From: Clostridia bacterium
Lineage (GTDB): Bacteria; Bacillota; Clostridia; Oscillospirales; CAG-272
Direction of reading: 5' to 3'
Assembly (NCBI GenBank): GCA_017547655.1
Contig: JAFYPF010000001.1
Span: 72,643-136,642, forward strand
Length of the DNA: 64,000 nt
Positions within the stretch are counted from its first letter, which is position 1; each line of letters starts with the position of its first letter. Below are positions 44,881 through 53,430 of the stretch, one piece after another. Under the pieces are notes generated by a model. The model ran no database searches. It worked only from the letters and a program-made list of their open reading frames with translations, and was not told the DNA's origin. Made by a program: the position numbers and the translations under genes.

Positions 44881-45190
44881 AAAGCGTTTGATGAAAAAAA
44901 TGCAGTCATATATACCGCACAGAGAAACGGTGGTTGGTGAGAACCGTATGGGTACTTTGATTGTTTTCCGTTTTCAGAGCTTTGCTTCGGTGATGAGCTG
45001 AAGAGGGGGCGCCCTTTACAGCGCATAGGGTAGGTGTTATTTGAAAACGTTTACCCTGTACGAGAGGCGCATTTTTGCGCAATGTGGGTGGCACCGCGGA
45101 GCATTTCCGTCCCATTTGTTTTAAGTTTTTTTGGCTTTTTTTTGAGCTGTTATTAAAACATACGTGGGAATAGGAAAGGCTTTTTTTGTT
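44881..45190 (+). promoter_or_regulatory. T-box riboswitch leader, Ser (UCC) specifier, upstream of serS
   Basis: - Base helix aaagc (44881-5) / gcttt (44979-83), with GA motif tgatg.
- Specifier UCC-G at 44967-70, directly before helix uuuuc.
- AGAGA at 44921-5, and a GGUGGUUGGUGAGA distal loop.
- T-box core aatgtgggtggcaccgcg at 45081-98.
- Antiterminator GGG-UGGCACC-GCGG...CCGU-CCC.
- Probable terminator 3' arm tggga..ggaaa (45165-77) plus a T-run. This arm is the least certain part. Confidence 0.85.
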
Positions 45191-45227
45191 TTTTATTTTT
45201 GTAAATAATATATAGGAGATTATAGAA

Positions 45228-46508
45228 ATGTTAGACATCAAATTTTTACGTGAAAATCCCGAAGTGGTAAAAGAAAATATCAAGAAAAAGTTTCAGGACG
45301 ACAAGCTTTCTCTTGTTGATGAAGTAATTGAGCTTGACGTTCAGAACAGAGAAGCAAAGGCAAAGAGAGACTCTATTCGTGCTATGAGAAATATCGTAAG
45401 CAAGGAGATTGGTAAGCTTATGGCTCAAAGTAAGAGAGAAGAGGCTGAAGCTGCAAAAAAGCAGGTTAGTGATGCGGCAAGTGAGCTTGCGGCTCTTGAA
45501 GAAAAGATTGAACAGCTTGAAAATGAAGTTAAGTCAAGAATGATGGTTATTCCCAATATTATTGACGAATCTGTTCCCGTAGGCAAGGACGACAGCGAAA
45601 ACGTTGAGGTTGAGCGTTTTGGTGAGCCTGTTGTTCCCTCGTTTGAAGTACCTTACCACGTAGATATTATGGAAAAGCTTAACGGTATTGACCTTGACAG
45701 CGCAAGAAGAACAAGCGGTAACGGTTTCTACTATCTCTGCGGAGACATCGCAAGACTTCATTCTGCAATTATTTCTTATGCTCGTGATTTTATGATAGAC
45801 AAGGGCTTTACTTATTATATTCCGCCCTTTATGATCAGAGGCGACGTTGTTACCGGTGTTATGAGCTTTTCTGAAATGGAAAATATGATGTATAAGATTG
45901 AGGGTGAAGACCTTTATCTTATCGGTACGAGTGAACACTCTATGGTTGGTAAGTTTATCAACACCATTACCGATGAGGCTGAATTGCCAAAGGCTATGAC
46001 GAGTTATTCTCCTTGCTTCAGAAAAGAGGTTGGCGCTCACGGCATTGAAGAAAGAGGAGTATACAGAATCCATCAGTTTGAAAAACAGGAAATGGTTGTT
46101 ATTTGTAAGCCCGAGGAGAGTATGGATTGGTTCCACAAGATGTACTCATATACCGTTGAATTTTTCAGAAGCCTTGATATTCCCGTAAGAACACTTGAGT
46201 GTTGTTCGGGCGACCTTGCTGACCTTAAGGTTAAGAGTATTGACGTTGAGGCTTGGTCTCCCCGTCAGCAGAAATATTTTGAAGTTGGAAGCTGTTCCAA
46301 CCTCGGTGATGCTCAAGCAAGACGTCTCGGTATCCGTGTTAGAAGAAAAGAAAAGGACAACTACTTCCCCCACACTCTTAACAATACCGTTGTTGCTCCC
46401 CCCAGAATGCTTATCGCATTCCTTGAAAACAATCTTCAGGAAGACGGTAGTATTCGAATTCCCGAGCCTCTTCGTATGTATATGGGCGGTAAAGAAATCA
46501 TCAAATAA
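45228..46508 (+). CDS. serS: Seryl-tRNA synthetase
   Basis: 426 aa. It has an N-terminal coiled-coil arm and class II motifs (YSPCFRKEVGAHG, GSCSN, RTLNNT-like HTLNNT). Confidence 0.95.
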   Translation: MLDIKFLRENPEVVKENIKKKFQDDKLSLVDEVIELDVQNREAKAKRDSIRAMRNIVSKEIGKLMAQSKREEAEAAKKQVSDAASELAALEEKIEQLENEVKSRMMVIPNIIDESVPVGKDDSENVEVERFGEPVVPSFEVPYHVDIMEKLNGIDLDSARRTSGNGFYYLCGDIARLHSAIISYARDFMIDKGFTYYIPPFMIRGDVVTGVMSFSEMENMMYKIEGEDLYLIGTSEHSMVGKFINTITDEAELPKAMTSYSPCFRKEVGAHGIEERGVYRIHQFEKQEMVVICKPEESMDWFHKMYSYTVEFFRSLDIPVRTLECCSGDLADLKVKSIDVEAWSPRQQKYFEVGSCSNLGDAQARRLGIRVRRKEKDNYFPHTLNNTVVAPPRMLIAFLENNLQEDGSIRIPEPLRMYMGGKEIIK

Positions 46509-46515
46509 TAAATCA

Positions 46516-46550
46516 AAATGGATATGGTCGAAAACCATATCCATTTCTTT
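46516..46550. terminator. Bidirectional terminator between serS and truB
   Basis: 12-bp stem aaatggatatgg (46516-27) / ccatatccattt (46535-46), followed by a T-rich tail. Confidence 0.8.
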
Positions 46551-47470
46551 TATATAATAAATTGTTTTATAGGCTTTATAGCTCTGCCGTCGGGATAATC
46601 TCTTGCTTCTCCCAAAGCAAAAAATCCGTTTTCATCGCACAGTCTAACCCTAGTGCCCGTCGGTATTGAATCGGGCGATATATAAATCTTTTTTGCGTAT
46701 ATTTCAAGACCGCTTTTTGCTAATTTTTCAAAAAATGGCGGCAACTTGATTTCCTCAATATCCGAAAAAAGCGCATCTATGGGGTAGAGAAGAGAAACGC
46801 GTTCTTCTTCTGTCATATTTTCAAGCTGTTCTATCGTATAACTGCTTTTTATATCAAAGTTTCCGCTTTTTGTTCTGCAAAGACTTGTCATAATAGCGCC
46901 GCACCCAAGCTTTTCACCTATATCCGTGCAAAGCGTACGGATATACGTTCCTTTCGAACACTCCACATTGAGTCGATATTTTCCAATATTTTCGTCAATA
47001 AGCTCTAAAGATATTGATTTTATATAAATATCTCTTGACTTTCGCTCCACTTCTATGCCTTTTCTTGCGAGGTCGACAAGCTTTTGACCGTTGACCTTTA
47101 AAGCACTGTACATAGGTGGTGTTTGCTTTATTGTTCCTATAAATGTATTTACAACACTTTTAACGGATTCATAGCTTGGAATAACGTTATTTTGTGATAT
47201 TATATTTCCGGTAATATCACCCGAATCCGTAACAATACCAAGCTGCATTTCAGCAATATAGCCTTTATCTTCGGCAGTTAAATACTCTGATGCCTTGACC
47301 GCACGCCCCACCATAACGGGCAAAACGCCCGTCGCCATAGGATCGAGAGTGCCTGTATGCCCCACTTGTTTGGTGTTATACAGTCTTCTGATCATATTTA
47401 CAATTGTGTGGGAGGTTACGCCTTGGTGCTTGTTGATACAAATTACGCCCATAAGGGTATTATCTGTCAT
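46550..47470 (-). CDS. truB: tRNA pseudouridine(55) synthase
   Basis: 306 aa. It has GHTGTLDPMATGVL (catalytic Asp), PPMYSALK and a C-terminal PUA-like region. Confidence 0.93.
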   Translation of the reverse strand: MTDNTLMGVICINKHQGVTSHTIVNMIRRLYNTKQVGHTGTLDPMATGVLPVMVGRAVKASEYLTAEDKGYIAEMQLGIVTDSGDITGNIISQNNVIPSYESVKSVVNTFIGTIKQTPPMYSALKVNGQKLVDLARKGIEVERKSRDIYIKSISLELIDENIGKYRLNVECSKGTYIRTLCTDIGEKLGCGAIMTSLCRTKSGNFDIKSSYTIEQLENMTEEERVSLLYPIDALFSDIEEIKLPPFFEKLAKSGLEIYAKKIYISPDSIPTGTRVRLCDENGFFALGEARDYPDGRAIKPIKQFII

Positions 47471-47487
47471 TTTTATGTATATTCCTT

Positions 47488-48483
47488 TTATTTTATTTCG
47501 GTAAGAGCAGCATTAACTACAAGGTTTATAGCTTCTTCTTTGGTGTTGGCAATAACAAGTCCGCCCGCAGCGCATACGTGTCCGCCGCCGTTGAGCATTT
47601 TACATACAGCTCCTGCATTTGTTCCGGGACGGCTTCTCATAGAAATTTTGTAGTTTCCGGGTTTATCCCCTTTTTCTTTTAGCGTTGCGCCAATTATCAC
47701 GTCATCAATTTCTATCGGGATTTGAGCCAAATCGGCAATATCATCTTCGGAAAGTCCTTTTTCCTCACGCATTAAATTTGTTATGCAGGTTACGGCAATC
47801 TTTCCGTCTGCAAAAAATTCAAGATTGTTGTAAGCCATTTTTAATGCTTCTATTTCTTTTTTTGTTTTATTTCCGAAAAGCTTTTGGTTAATCAAAGCCG
47901 AGTCGACATTTCTTGAAATAAGATATGCCGCCTTTTCGTGTGTTTCTTTTGTTACGTTGGAATGTTTAAAACACCCAGTATCAAAGCTTATTCCCGCATA
48001 TAAAAGTTCACATACTTTGTCACTCATATTTGGAGTGAGTATATTTATTAAATCATAAATGATTTCCGAGCAGGATGCGCTTTCGGATACCGTGTAATTG
48101 TGGTCAGCAAACTGCTCATCGGATTCGTGGTGGTCTATCTTTATTGATTCCGCAATAGAGATAAGCTCTTTGCAGTTTCCGAGCATGGAATTGCTTGCTA
48201 CGTCTACAGATACCACAAGGTCAGGCGTAAAATCTTTCGGAAGCTCATTTGGTAAATATACAGTGTCGTCGCAAAGGAAGGAGAGTCTGTCAGCAACTTT
48301 ATCGCTTGATGAGCATATGATTTTCTTTCCCATTTCCTCAAGCACCGATTTTAAGGCGAATGCTGATGCCAAGGTGTCTCCGTCGGGACGAATGTGGCAA
48401 ATAAGCAATATTTTGTTTCGCTTTTTAAGGATTTCCGCTATTTCGGAAAGTGTAATGTTATTAGTCATGCAAGTCGTCCTCAA
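47488..48483 (-). CDS. nrnA: DHH/DHHA1 phosphoesterase (NrnA-type oligoribonuclease/pAp phosphatase)
   Basis: 331 aa. It has HIRPDGDTLAS, VDV, KIDHHESD and GGGHVCAAGG (DHHA1). Confidence 0.85.
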   Translation of the reverse strand: MRTTCMTNNITLSEIAEILKKRNKILLICHIRPDGDTLASAFALKSVLEEMGKKIICSSSDKVADRLSFLCDDTVYLPNELPKDFTPDLVVSVDVASNSMLGNCKELISIAESIKIDHHESDEQFADHNYTVSESASCSEIIYDLINILTPNMSDKVCELLYAGISFDTGCFKHSNVTKETHEKAAYLISRNVDSALINQKLFGNKTKKEIEALKMAYNNLEFFADGKIAVTCITNLMREEKGLSEDDIADLAQIPIEIDDVIIGATLKEKGDKPGNYKISMRSRPGTNAGAVCKMLNGGGHVCAAGGLVIANTKEEAINLVVNAALTEIK

Positions 48484-48814
48484 CTTGTTTCAGAAGTCTG
48501 TTTATATTTGCTCCGTATTCAATAGAATCGTCGGGGATAAATTTAAGCTCCGGAGTTTGACGAAGATTAAGTCTTACGGCTATTTGCTTTCTCATAAAGC
48601 CCGATGCGCTTTCAAGTCCTTTTTTTACTTCCGCTTTGTCGGCGTTTCCTATGCACGAGAAGTATATTTTTGCGTACTTCATATCTGCTGTTACGTCAGC
48701 GGCAGTTATGCTTACAATCGCTTTTTGTACACGGGGATCCTTTACCTCGCGTACTATGGAAGCAAGCTCTCTTACAACCTCTTCGTTTATACGTCCTCTT
48801 CTGTATCCTGCCAT
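48461..48814 (-). CDS. rbfA: Ribosome-binding factor A
   Basis: 117 aa counted from the internal ATG (MAGYRRGRINEEV...). The KH-like RbfA pattern is ITAADVTADMKYAKIYFS. The longer ORF (to 48877) adds a non-conserved 21 aa with no RBS. Confidence 0.85.
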   Translation of the reverse strand: MAGYRRGRINEEVVRELASIVREVKDPRVQKAIVSITAADVTADMKYAKIYFSCIGNADKAEVKKGLESASGFMRKQIAVRLNLRQTPELKFIPDDSIEYGANINRLLKQVEDDLHD

Positions 48815-48936
48815 TATGTTTTTCCTCGTTTCGTTAATCTTAATTGTATTATAACATAATCTATACAAATAATTCAATAATAAAGTTGAAAAAATATAAA
48901 GATAGGTGTATAATATACCTACGGAGGTAGGGAAAT

Positions 48937-50067
48937 ATGGTAAAAGTATTACATTGTGCCGATCTTCATCTTGATGCGCCTTTTGTTTGCGGAGATGCTA
49001 TGAAGTCGGAATTGAGAAGAAATGAATTGTTGGCTACCTTTTCATCTATGATGAATTACGTCAAGATGAATGGTGTTGATATAGTTGTTATAAGCGGCGA
49101 CCTTTTCGAATGCGCGAACGTTACACGTGATACTGTCGCTATGGTGAAAAGGGAGTTTGCGGACAACCCTTTTTGTAAGTTTGTTATTGCACCCGGTAAC
49201 CATGACCCGTATACGCCTGAAAGCGTATATTGCAAGACTGATTTTCCGTCTAACGTATATATTTATGAAAACACCGGCGTTTCCTGCTTTTCTTTTGACG
49301 AGTTGAACGTTGATATATATGGCTATGCATTTACGGATACGACGCTTGAATATAATCCGTTTAAGGGGATAAAACCTAAAAATCCCGCAAGAGTTAATAT
49401 TCTTCTTGCTCACGGTGAGTTAACTTCTTCAGGGAAAGGTGTTTGCCCCATATCAAACGATGATATAAAAGGTAGTGAGTTTGACTATATAGCATTAGGT
49501 CATATTCATTTGGGCTCTGACGTTGAAAGGCTCGGCGAAACGTTTTATGCATATTCGGGCTGTCTTGAGGGAAGAGATTTCGGTGAGTGCGGTTACAAGG
49601 GAGCAATTCTTTGTGAGCTTGAAAAAGACAGATGTGAGCTGAAAAGCGAATTTAAGAAGCTTCGTTTTTGCAAGCGTCATTATGAAACCGAAAACGTTAA
49701 CGTTACAGGCGCGCAGAATATTTCGGATATTTTGCCTAAAGTAAAAGAAATAATAACAGAGAAAAACTATTCGAGAGATGCTTTGGTAAGAATAATTCTT
49801 GAGGGTGACGTTTCGTCCGACCTTGTTGTTTCAAAGAGTGCGTTTACCTCTCTTGAGGATAATCTTTTTTATCTTGAGGTTATAAATAAAACGAGACCTT
49901 TTTATGACGTTGAAAAACTAAAAAACGATCCTACTGTAAGGGGCGCATTTTACGAAGAGCTTTTACCTATGCTTGAGTCGGAAGACGAAAGAACACGCGA
50001 AATTGCTTGTTTTGCCTTAAAATACGGTCTTTCGGCGCTTGGCGGCAATAATGTCGTTGATTTTTGA
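48937..50067 (+). CDS. Metallophosphoesterase DNA-repair exonuclease, SbcD/Mre11-like (YhaO-like)
   Basis: 376 aa. It has the calcineurin-like motifs HCADLHLD, SGDLF, GNHD and GHIH. Confidence 0.82.
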   Translation: MVKVLHCADLHLDAPFVCGDAMKSELRRNELLATFSSMMNYVKMNGVDIVVISGDLFECANVTRDTVAMVKREFADNPFCKFVIAPGNHDPYTPESVYCKTDFPSNVYIYENTGVSCFSFDELNVDIYGYAFTDTTLEYNPFKGIKPKNPARVNILLAHGELTSSGKGVCPISNDDIKGSEFDYIALGHIHLGSDVERLGETFYAYSGCLEGRDFGECGYKGAILCELEKDRCELKSEFKKLRFCKRHYETENVNVTGAQNISDILPKVKEIITEKNYSRDALVRIILEGDVSSDLVVSKSAFTSLEDNLFYLEVINKTRPFYDVEKLKNDPTVRGAFYEELLPMLESEDERTREIACFALKYGLSALGGNNVVDF

Positions 50068-50075
50068 GGTTTGTT

Positions 50076-52379
50076 ATGTATATAGAGAATATAAAAATTG
50101 GAAATTTCGGCAAGTTATCAAACCGTGAGTTTGATTTAACTTGCGGCGTCAATATTCTTGAGGGAAGAAATGAATCGGGAAAAAGTACGCTTTGTGAATT
50201 TATAAAGTTTGTTTTTTATGGGTTATCTAACAAGTCACTCGGCGGTGAAATGAGCGAAAGAAAAAGACATATAAGCTGGAAAACGAATGGTGTTTCGGGA
50301 AGTATTGTTTTGAACTGCGGTGAAAAATGTTATCGTATCGAACGTTCAATGATTGCTCACGGAGCGGGATATAAAGACGAAATAACAGTTGTTGACCTTG
50401 AAAAAGGTTCTGTTTCGGAGGGAATAAAAAATCCCGGTGAATACTTTTTTGGTGTGCCCGAAGAAGTGTTTACGAAAACCGTTTATATACGCCAGAACGA
50501 AGGTGCGTATTTTAACGGAGGAGACATAGGTCAGGCGGTTGAAAATATATTTTATTCTGCAGACGAAAGCATTAATACCGATAAGGCGTTGAAGAAGCTT
50601 GATGATGCACGAGTTATGATAAGGCACAAAAAGAATACGGGCAGAGGTATGCTCGATTCTCTCGAGAGAGAGCGTGATGAGTTAACAGAAAGGCTTATTG
50701 CGGCAAGACAGGTCAACGAAAGTATTATGCAAAACGAGTCTTCACTTGGATTTGCTGTTTCGGCTGTGGAAAAGAATAAAAAAGATTGCGAAAAAATGGA
50801 AGCTCAAATGAGAAAAACAGAGCTTCACTATCTCCTCTCAAAGTTTGCGGAAAAGAAGAAAATCGAAAAGCAAATAGCTGAATTTGAGCGCGGTGAAAAG
50901 CAAGTGGTTGAAGCCATGACTTTTGATGGATTTTTCCCGACAAGAGAATACGGCGAAGAGTTAGAAAAGGCGCAGAGAGAAGTTGAATTTTTGGTTAAAG
51001 AGCTTGACTCCGCGAGTGACGTATCCGATTGCGGCGAGGCGGCGGGATATTCAAAAGAGCAGGCTGAGTATATTGAAGAGCAAGGCGGAAAGTTGGGTAT
51101 ATCTGAGCTTCTTGATTACCTCAAAAAACAAAAGAAAAGGTTTTTATTTGTTGGTTTGGGATTGATTGCATTAGGTGTAATTCTTGCTTGTGTTGCGATT
51201 ATATATTCAAACGCCTTTGGGAACATGGGTAGGTTTTTGTATATGGGCGGAACTGTACTTGCGTTAAGTGCGGTTGTCAGCTTTGTTCTGTCGCACAGAG
51301 CAAAGAATAAGATATACAATTTGTTTGACTTTTTTGAGGCTGAAGATGAAGAGTCCCTTATGGAGGCTGTAAGCAAGACCGAAGCGGCTGAAAGCTATGA
51401 CAGGAGCAGGGCTGAACTTTTGAAATACAGAGAACTGCAAAAAAACGAAGTACAAAAGAAGCTCTCCGTTAGTATAAGCAGTGCTTGCACACTTCTTGAA
51501 AAGTGGGGAATCGTTCCCGAAAACCTTACTGCCGATGCTGTTATTGGCTGTATGAATGATGCTGTTTCCGATATAAACGAAATTTCCAACAACATAGATA
51601 TATACCGCAAGGAAATAGAAAAGAATGAAGCTGTTTTATCGGTTGTTGCGCAACAGCTTCAAGGGTATGACGAAAAGGTTCTTAAGGAAGAATACGATTC
51701 GATTGAATTTGACTTTGATCCCGATGCTCAAACGGAACTGAAGAAACGATTTGATTTTGTTTCAAAAGCCAAAGAAAGTCTTTTGGAAAAAGTTTCAACC
51801 TTGGAAAAGACTCTTGTGGAGTTGAAATCCAAATCTGATGACGTTTCGAATATTGAAAGCAGACTTCAGGGTGTGAATGAAAGAATAAAGGAGCTTGAAT
51901 TTAAGCACGAGGCTTACGTTCTTGCCTACGAAAAGCTTCAAAAGGCAGGCGCTAATTTGAGGAATAAGCTTGCCCCAGGACTCTCGCTCGCATCAGGTAA
52001 GCTTATGGCGGGATTAACCGACGGTAAATATGCTCAAATAGGGGTTTCTGATAATCTTGAAATGACCTATACGTTCGAGGACGAGGGATCTGTTTATACC
52101 AAGACTATTGACAGTGTAAGCTCGGGTACGCAGGATATTGCATATATTTCGTTGCGATTGGCTTTGGCTGAAATGTTCGGTAGCTCGGGCGAAAAGCTTC
52201 CTGTGGTTTTTGACGAAAGTTTTTCGAGGTTGGATAATATAAGGCTAAAAAATATGTTGATTATTGCCGACAGATACGCCGAGAACTCTCAAGTTCTTAT
52301 TATGACCAGCCACAACAGGGAGGCAGAAATAATAAGCGATATTCCGAATTTCAAAAATGTTAACCTGTTGTCCCTCTGA
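50076..52379 (+). CDS. SbcC/Rad50-like AAA ATPase (YhaN-like) with central transmembrane hairpin
   Basis: About 767 aa counted from ATG 50076. It has Walker A GRNESGKST, long coiled-coil-like regions, two hydrophobic helices at nt 51141-51296, a C-terminal signature region (SSGTQD) and Walker B LPVVFDESF. Confidence 0.78.
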   Translation: MYIENIKIGNFGKLSNREFDLTCGVNILEGRNESGKSTLCEFIKFVFYGLSNKSLGGEMSERKRHISWKTNGVSGSIVLNCGEKCYRIERSMIAHGAGYKDEITVVDLEKGSVSEGIKNPGEYFFGVPEEVFTKTVYIRQNEGAYFNGGDIGQAVENIFYSADESINTDKALKKLDDARVMIRHKKNTGRGMLDSLERERDELTERLIAARQVNESIMQNESSLGFAVSAVEKNKKDCEKMEAQMRKTELHYLLSKFAEKKKIEKQIAEFERGEKQVVEAMTFDGFFPTREYGEELEKAQREVEFLVKELDSASDVSDCGEAAGYSKEQAEYIEEQGGKLGISELLDYLKKQKKRFLFVGLGLIALGVILACVAIIYSNAFGNMGRFLYMGGTVLALSAVVSFVLSHRAKNKIYNLFDFFEAEDEESLMEAVSKTEAAESYDRSRAELLKYRELQKNEVQKKLSVSISSACTLLEKWGIVPENLTADAVIGCMNDAVSDINEISNNIDIYRKEIEKNEAVLSVVAQQLQGYDEKVLKEEYDSIEFDFDPDAQTELKKRFDFVSKAKESLLEKVSTLEKTLVELKSKSDDVSNIESRLQGVNERIKELEFKHEAYVLAYEKLQKAGANLRNKLAPGLSLASGKLMAGLTDGKYAQIGVSDNLEMTYTFEDEGSVYTKTIDSVSSGTQDIAYISLRLALAEMFGSSGEKLPVVFDESFSRLDNIRLKNMLIIADRYAENSQVLIMTSHNREAEIISDIPNFKNVNLLSL

Positions 52380-52475
52380 AATGCTTAAAATTTTGGCAAT
52401 GGCTTGAAAAATATGCATTTTAGATGTATAATGTTTTTGGATAAAGTCTAGATAAGGATTATAAGGATAAACGAT

Positions 52476-53372
52476 ATGAACGAAAACAAGAAGATTGCAA
52501 GGTTGTACGTGTTTCTTGCTACGGCAATTGCCATAGCGGCGGTGTTGTTTCAGTATATTTTGTATGAAAACTATCTTGAGTTAGACACCGGTATTTATAT
52601 TCATAATGCAAAGACTCCGGGGGCGTTTTATATTTTTATTATTGTTGCGGTGATACTGATGGCGACACCCGCTTTGATATTCAGAAAAGACCTTTTGCCA
52701 ACTGAATTGAAAAGGGGAACGTTTATTACTGCCATAACCGCGCTCTTGTCTGCGGGAACTGTTGCTTTTTGCAGTATTTCATTCTTTATGGATAAAAGTA
52801 AAATTTCGTTAATAACCGGTGTTAACTTGGATACGGTGGAAAAAATTAAGACAGCTTGTGCAGTGGTTGGCTTTTTGGCGGCTGTTTACTATTTTTTCGT
52901 CGCATTTTCCGGGGAGAATAAGTCGAATTTTATTACGTTTTTATCGTTTTTTCCGGTAATATGGACTTTACTTTTGCTTATGTGTCTTTATTTTGACCGT
53001 TCGGGTGTTATTAACAGTCCTATTAAGGTTTTAAAACAAGTTGCACTTATTGTTTTTATGCTGTATTCGCTTTTTGAGGCAAGAGCGTCTTTGGGTAAAT
53101 CAAAGCCGATTATTTACTTTGTTTTTTCGAACTTGGCTGTGATTTTTCTTTCGGCGGCTTTTGTTCCCGAAATTATATACATTTTGCGTGGCACTATAGA
53201 ATTGACTGTTGATTCCGTATTCAGTATCTATTGCGGAGCATCTGTTCTGTATATCCTTTCTCGTTCAATTGCATTTGCCGAAAGCAGTAACGGCAATATA
53301 GTATATGCAAAGAAAAAGAGCTCGCACAAGCATAAAGACAGTCTTTTTGAGCCTGAAGAGGATTCTGAATAA
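52476..53372 (+). CDS. Hypothetical polytopic membrane protein
   Basis: 298 aa with about 8 hydrophobic segments and a charged C-terminal tail. I recognise no motif in it. Confidence 0.55.
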   Translation: MNENKKIARLYVFLATAIAIAAVLFQYILYENYLELDTGIYIHNAKTPGAFYIFIIVAVILMATPALIFRKDLLPTELKRGTFITAITALLSAGTVAFCSISFFMDKSKISLITGVNLDTVEKIKTACAVVGFLAAVYYFFVAFSGENKSNFITFLSFFPVIWTLLLLMCLYFDRSGVINSPIKVLKQVALIVFMLYSLFEARASLGKSKPIIYFVFSNLAVIFLSAAFVPEIIYILRGTIELTVDSVFSIYCGASVLYILSRSIAFAESSNGNIVYAKKKSSHKHKDSLFEPEEDSE

Positions 53373-53430
53373 TTTTTTGTGGCGGAGTTCATTCTCCGCC
53401 TTATTTAAAATAAAGGGGGGAGATTGATAT

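Noticed and set aside
48461-48877. rbfA-nrnA-truB without the usual upstream nusA-infB.
   Set aside because: This is ordinary variation in gene order. The upstream region is a divergent promoter shared with the sbcD-like gene, and nothing in the sequence suggests a functional anomaly.
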